A stretch of 63,716 nt of DNA, filler included, from Octopus bimaculoides (taxonomy: Eukaryota), in assembly GCF_001194135.2 (NCBI RefSeq). It is 5 parts of 4 records of this genome, joined end to end, with 100 filler letters (N's around TTAATTAATTAA, not from the genome) between each part and the next. Parts side by side here need not be neighbours in the genome. Positions count along the whole stretch, not along the records: positions 62,097 to 63,716 come from NW_026421015.1; 4 more parts are not named here. One strand, 5' to 3'. Below are positions 63,233 to 63,716 of this stretch, one piece after another (within the stretch, counting starts at the first letter, position 1; each line of letters opens with the position of its first letter). The notes beneath the pieces were generated by a model, which worked only from the letters and a program-made list of their open reading frames with translations, was not told the DNA's origin and made no database searches. Position numbers and translations under genes: made by a program.

Positions 63233-63683
63233 CACACATATTTGATAGATATGTATGTACTGTATATGTATAAATATATTTGTGTATGTATATATAAGTC
63301 TATATATGACATTATATAACTTACATAAAAGTGCGTATGTTGCACTTAGATACACACACACGCCCACAGACATGAACACACACAGACACACAGACATACG
63401 CACATATTAGGAAATTAATGACAGATTCAGTGGAGCGTCAGATAAAATGATTTGTGATATCTCATTACTTGCTATTATGCTAGAAAAACATCCGGCAATG
63501 TTACTGAACCGGTTCTAAACACTGGACCGTGTCATTCTTCTTTTAAGAGAATTGGAAAAACAGTACAGACATACAGGCATACATACATACATGCACACAT
63601 AGACACATAGGCACATACAAGTATATATATGTATATATATATTTTGTATATATACATATTTATATGTATATATATGTATATAT

Positions 63684-63716
<33 letters not shown>

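Overview
AT-rich, microsatellite- and transposon-dense animal DNA. The repeat families (tRNA-derived SINEs, RTE LINEs, TA/CA arrays) suggest a coleoid cephalopod, probably Octopus; this is inferred, not proven. Four identical 100-bp spacers (44 N + TTAATTAATTAA + 44 N) split the window into five blocks whose adjacency is uncertain. Host genes, all on +: (1) a caprin orthologue with 10 phase-consistent GT-AG coding exons (18908-39298, 714 aa visible; the first coding exon was not found) and a perfect YY1 site at 12627; (2) one isolated ADA2/ADGF adenosine deaminase exon (42864-43074); (3) the first coding exon of an LRRC58-like gene (60742-61205). The rest is decayed mobile DNA: RTE and CR1/Zenon-like LINEs, three SINE families, mariner DD34D, maT DD37D, a Tc1-like DD36E (Incomer-type) element, hAT remnants, Helentron-type HINEs and an internally inverted Penelope-like element. 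Most notable: foldback elements carrying minimal hammerhead-ribozyme-like motifs, a tandemly duplicated PAM2-like motif in caprin differing only at synonymous sites, the DD36E transposon, and a three-layer nested insertion with both TSDs intact. Repeat boundaries are approximate unless a TSD or TIR is cited.
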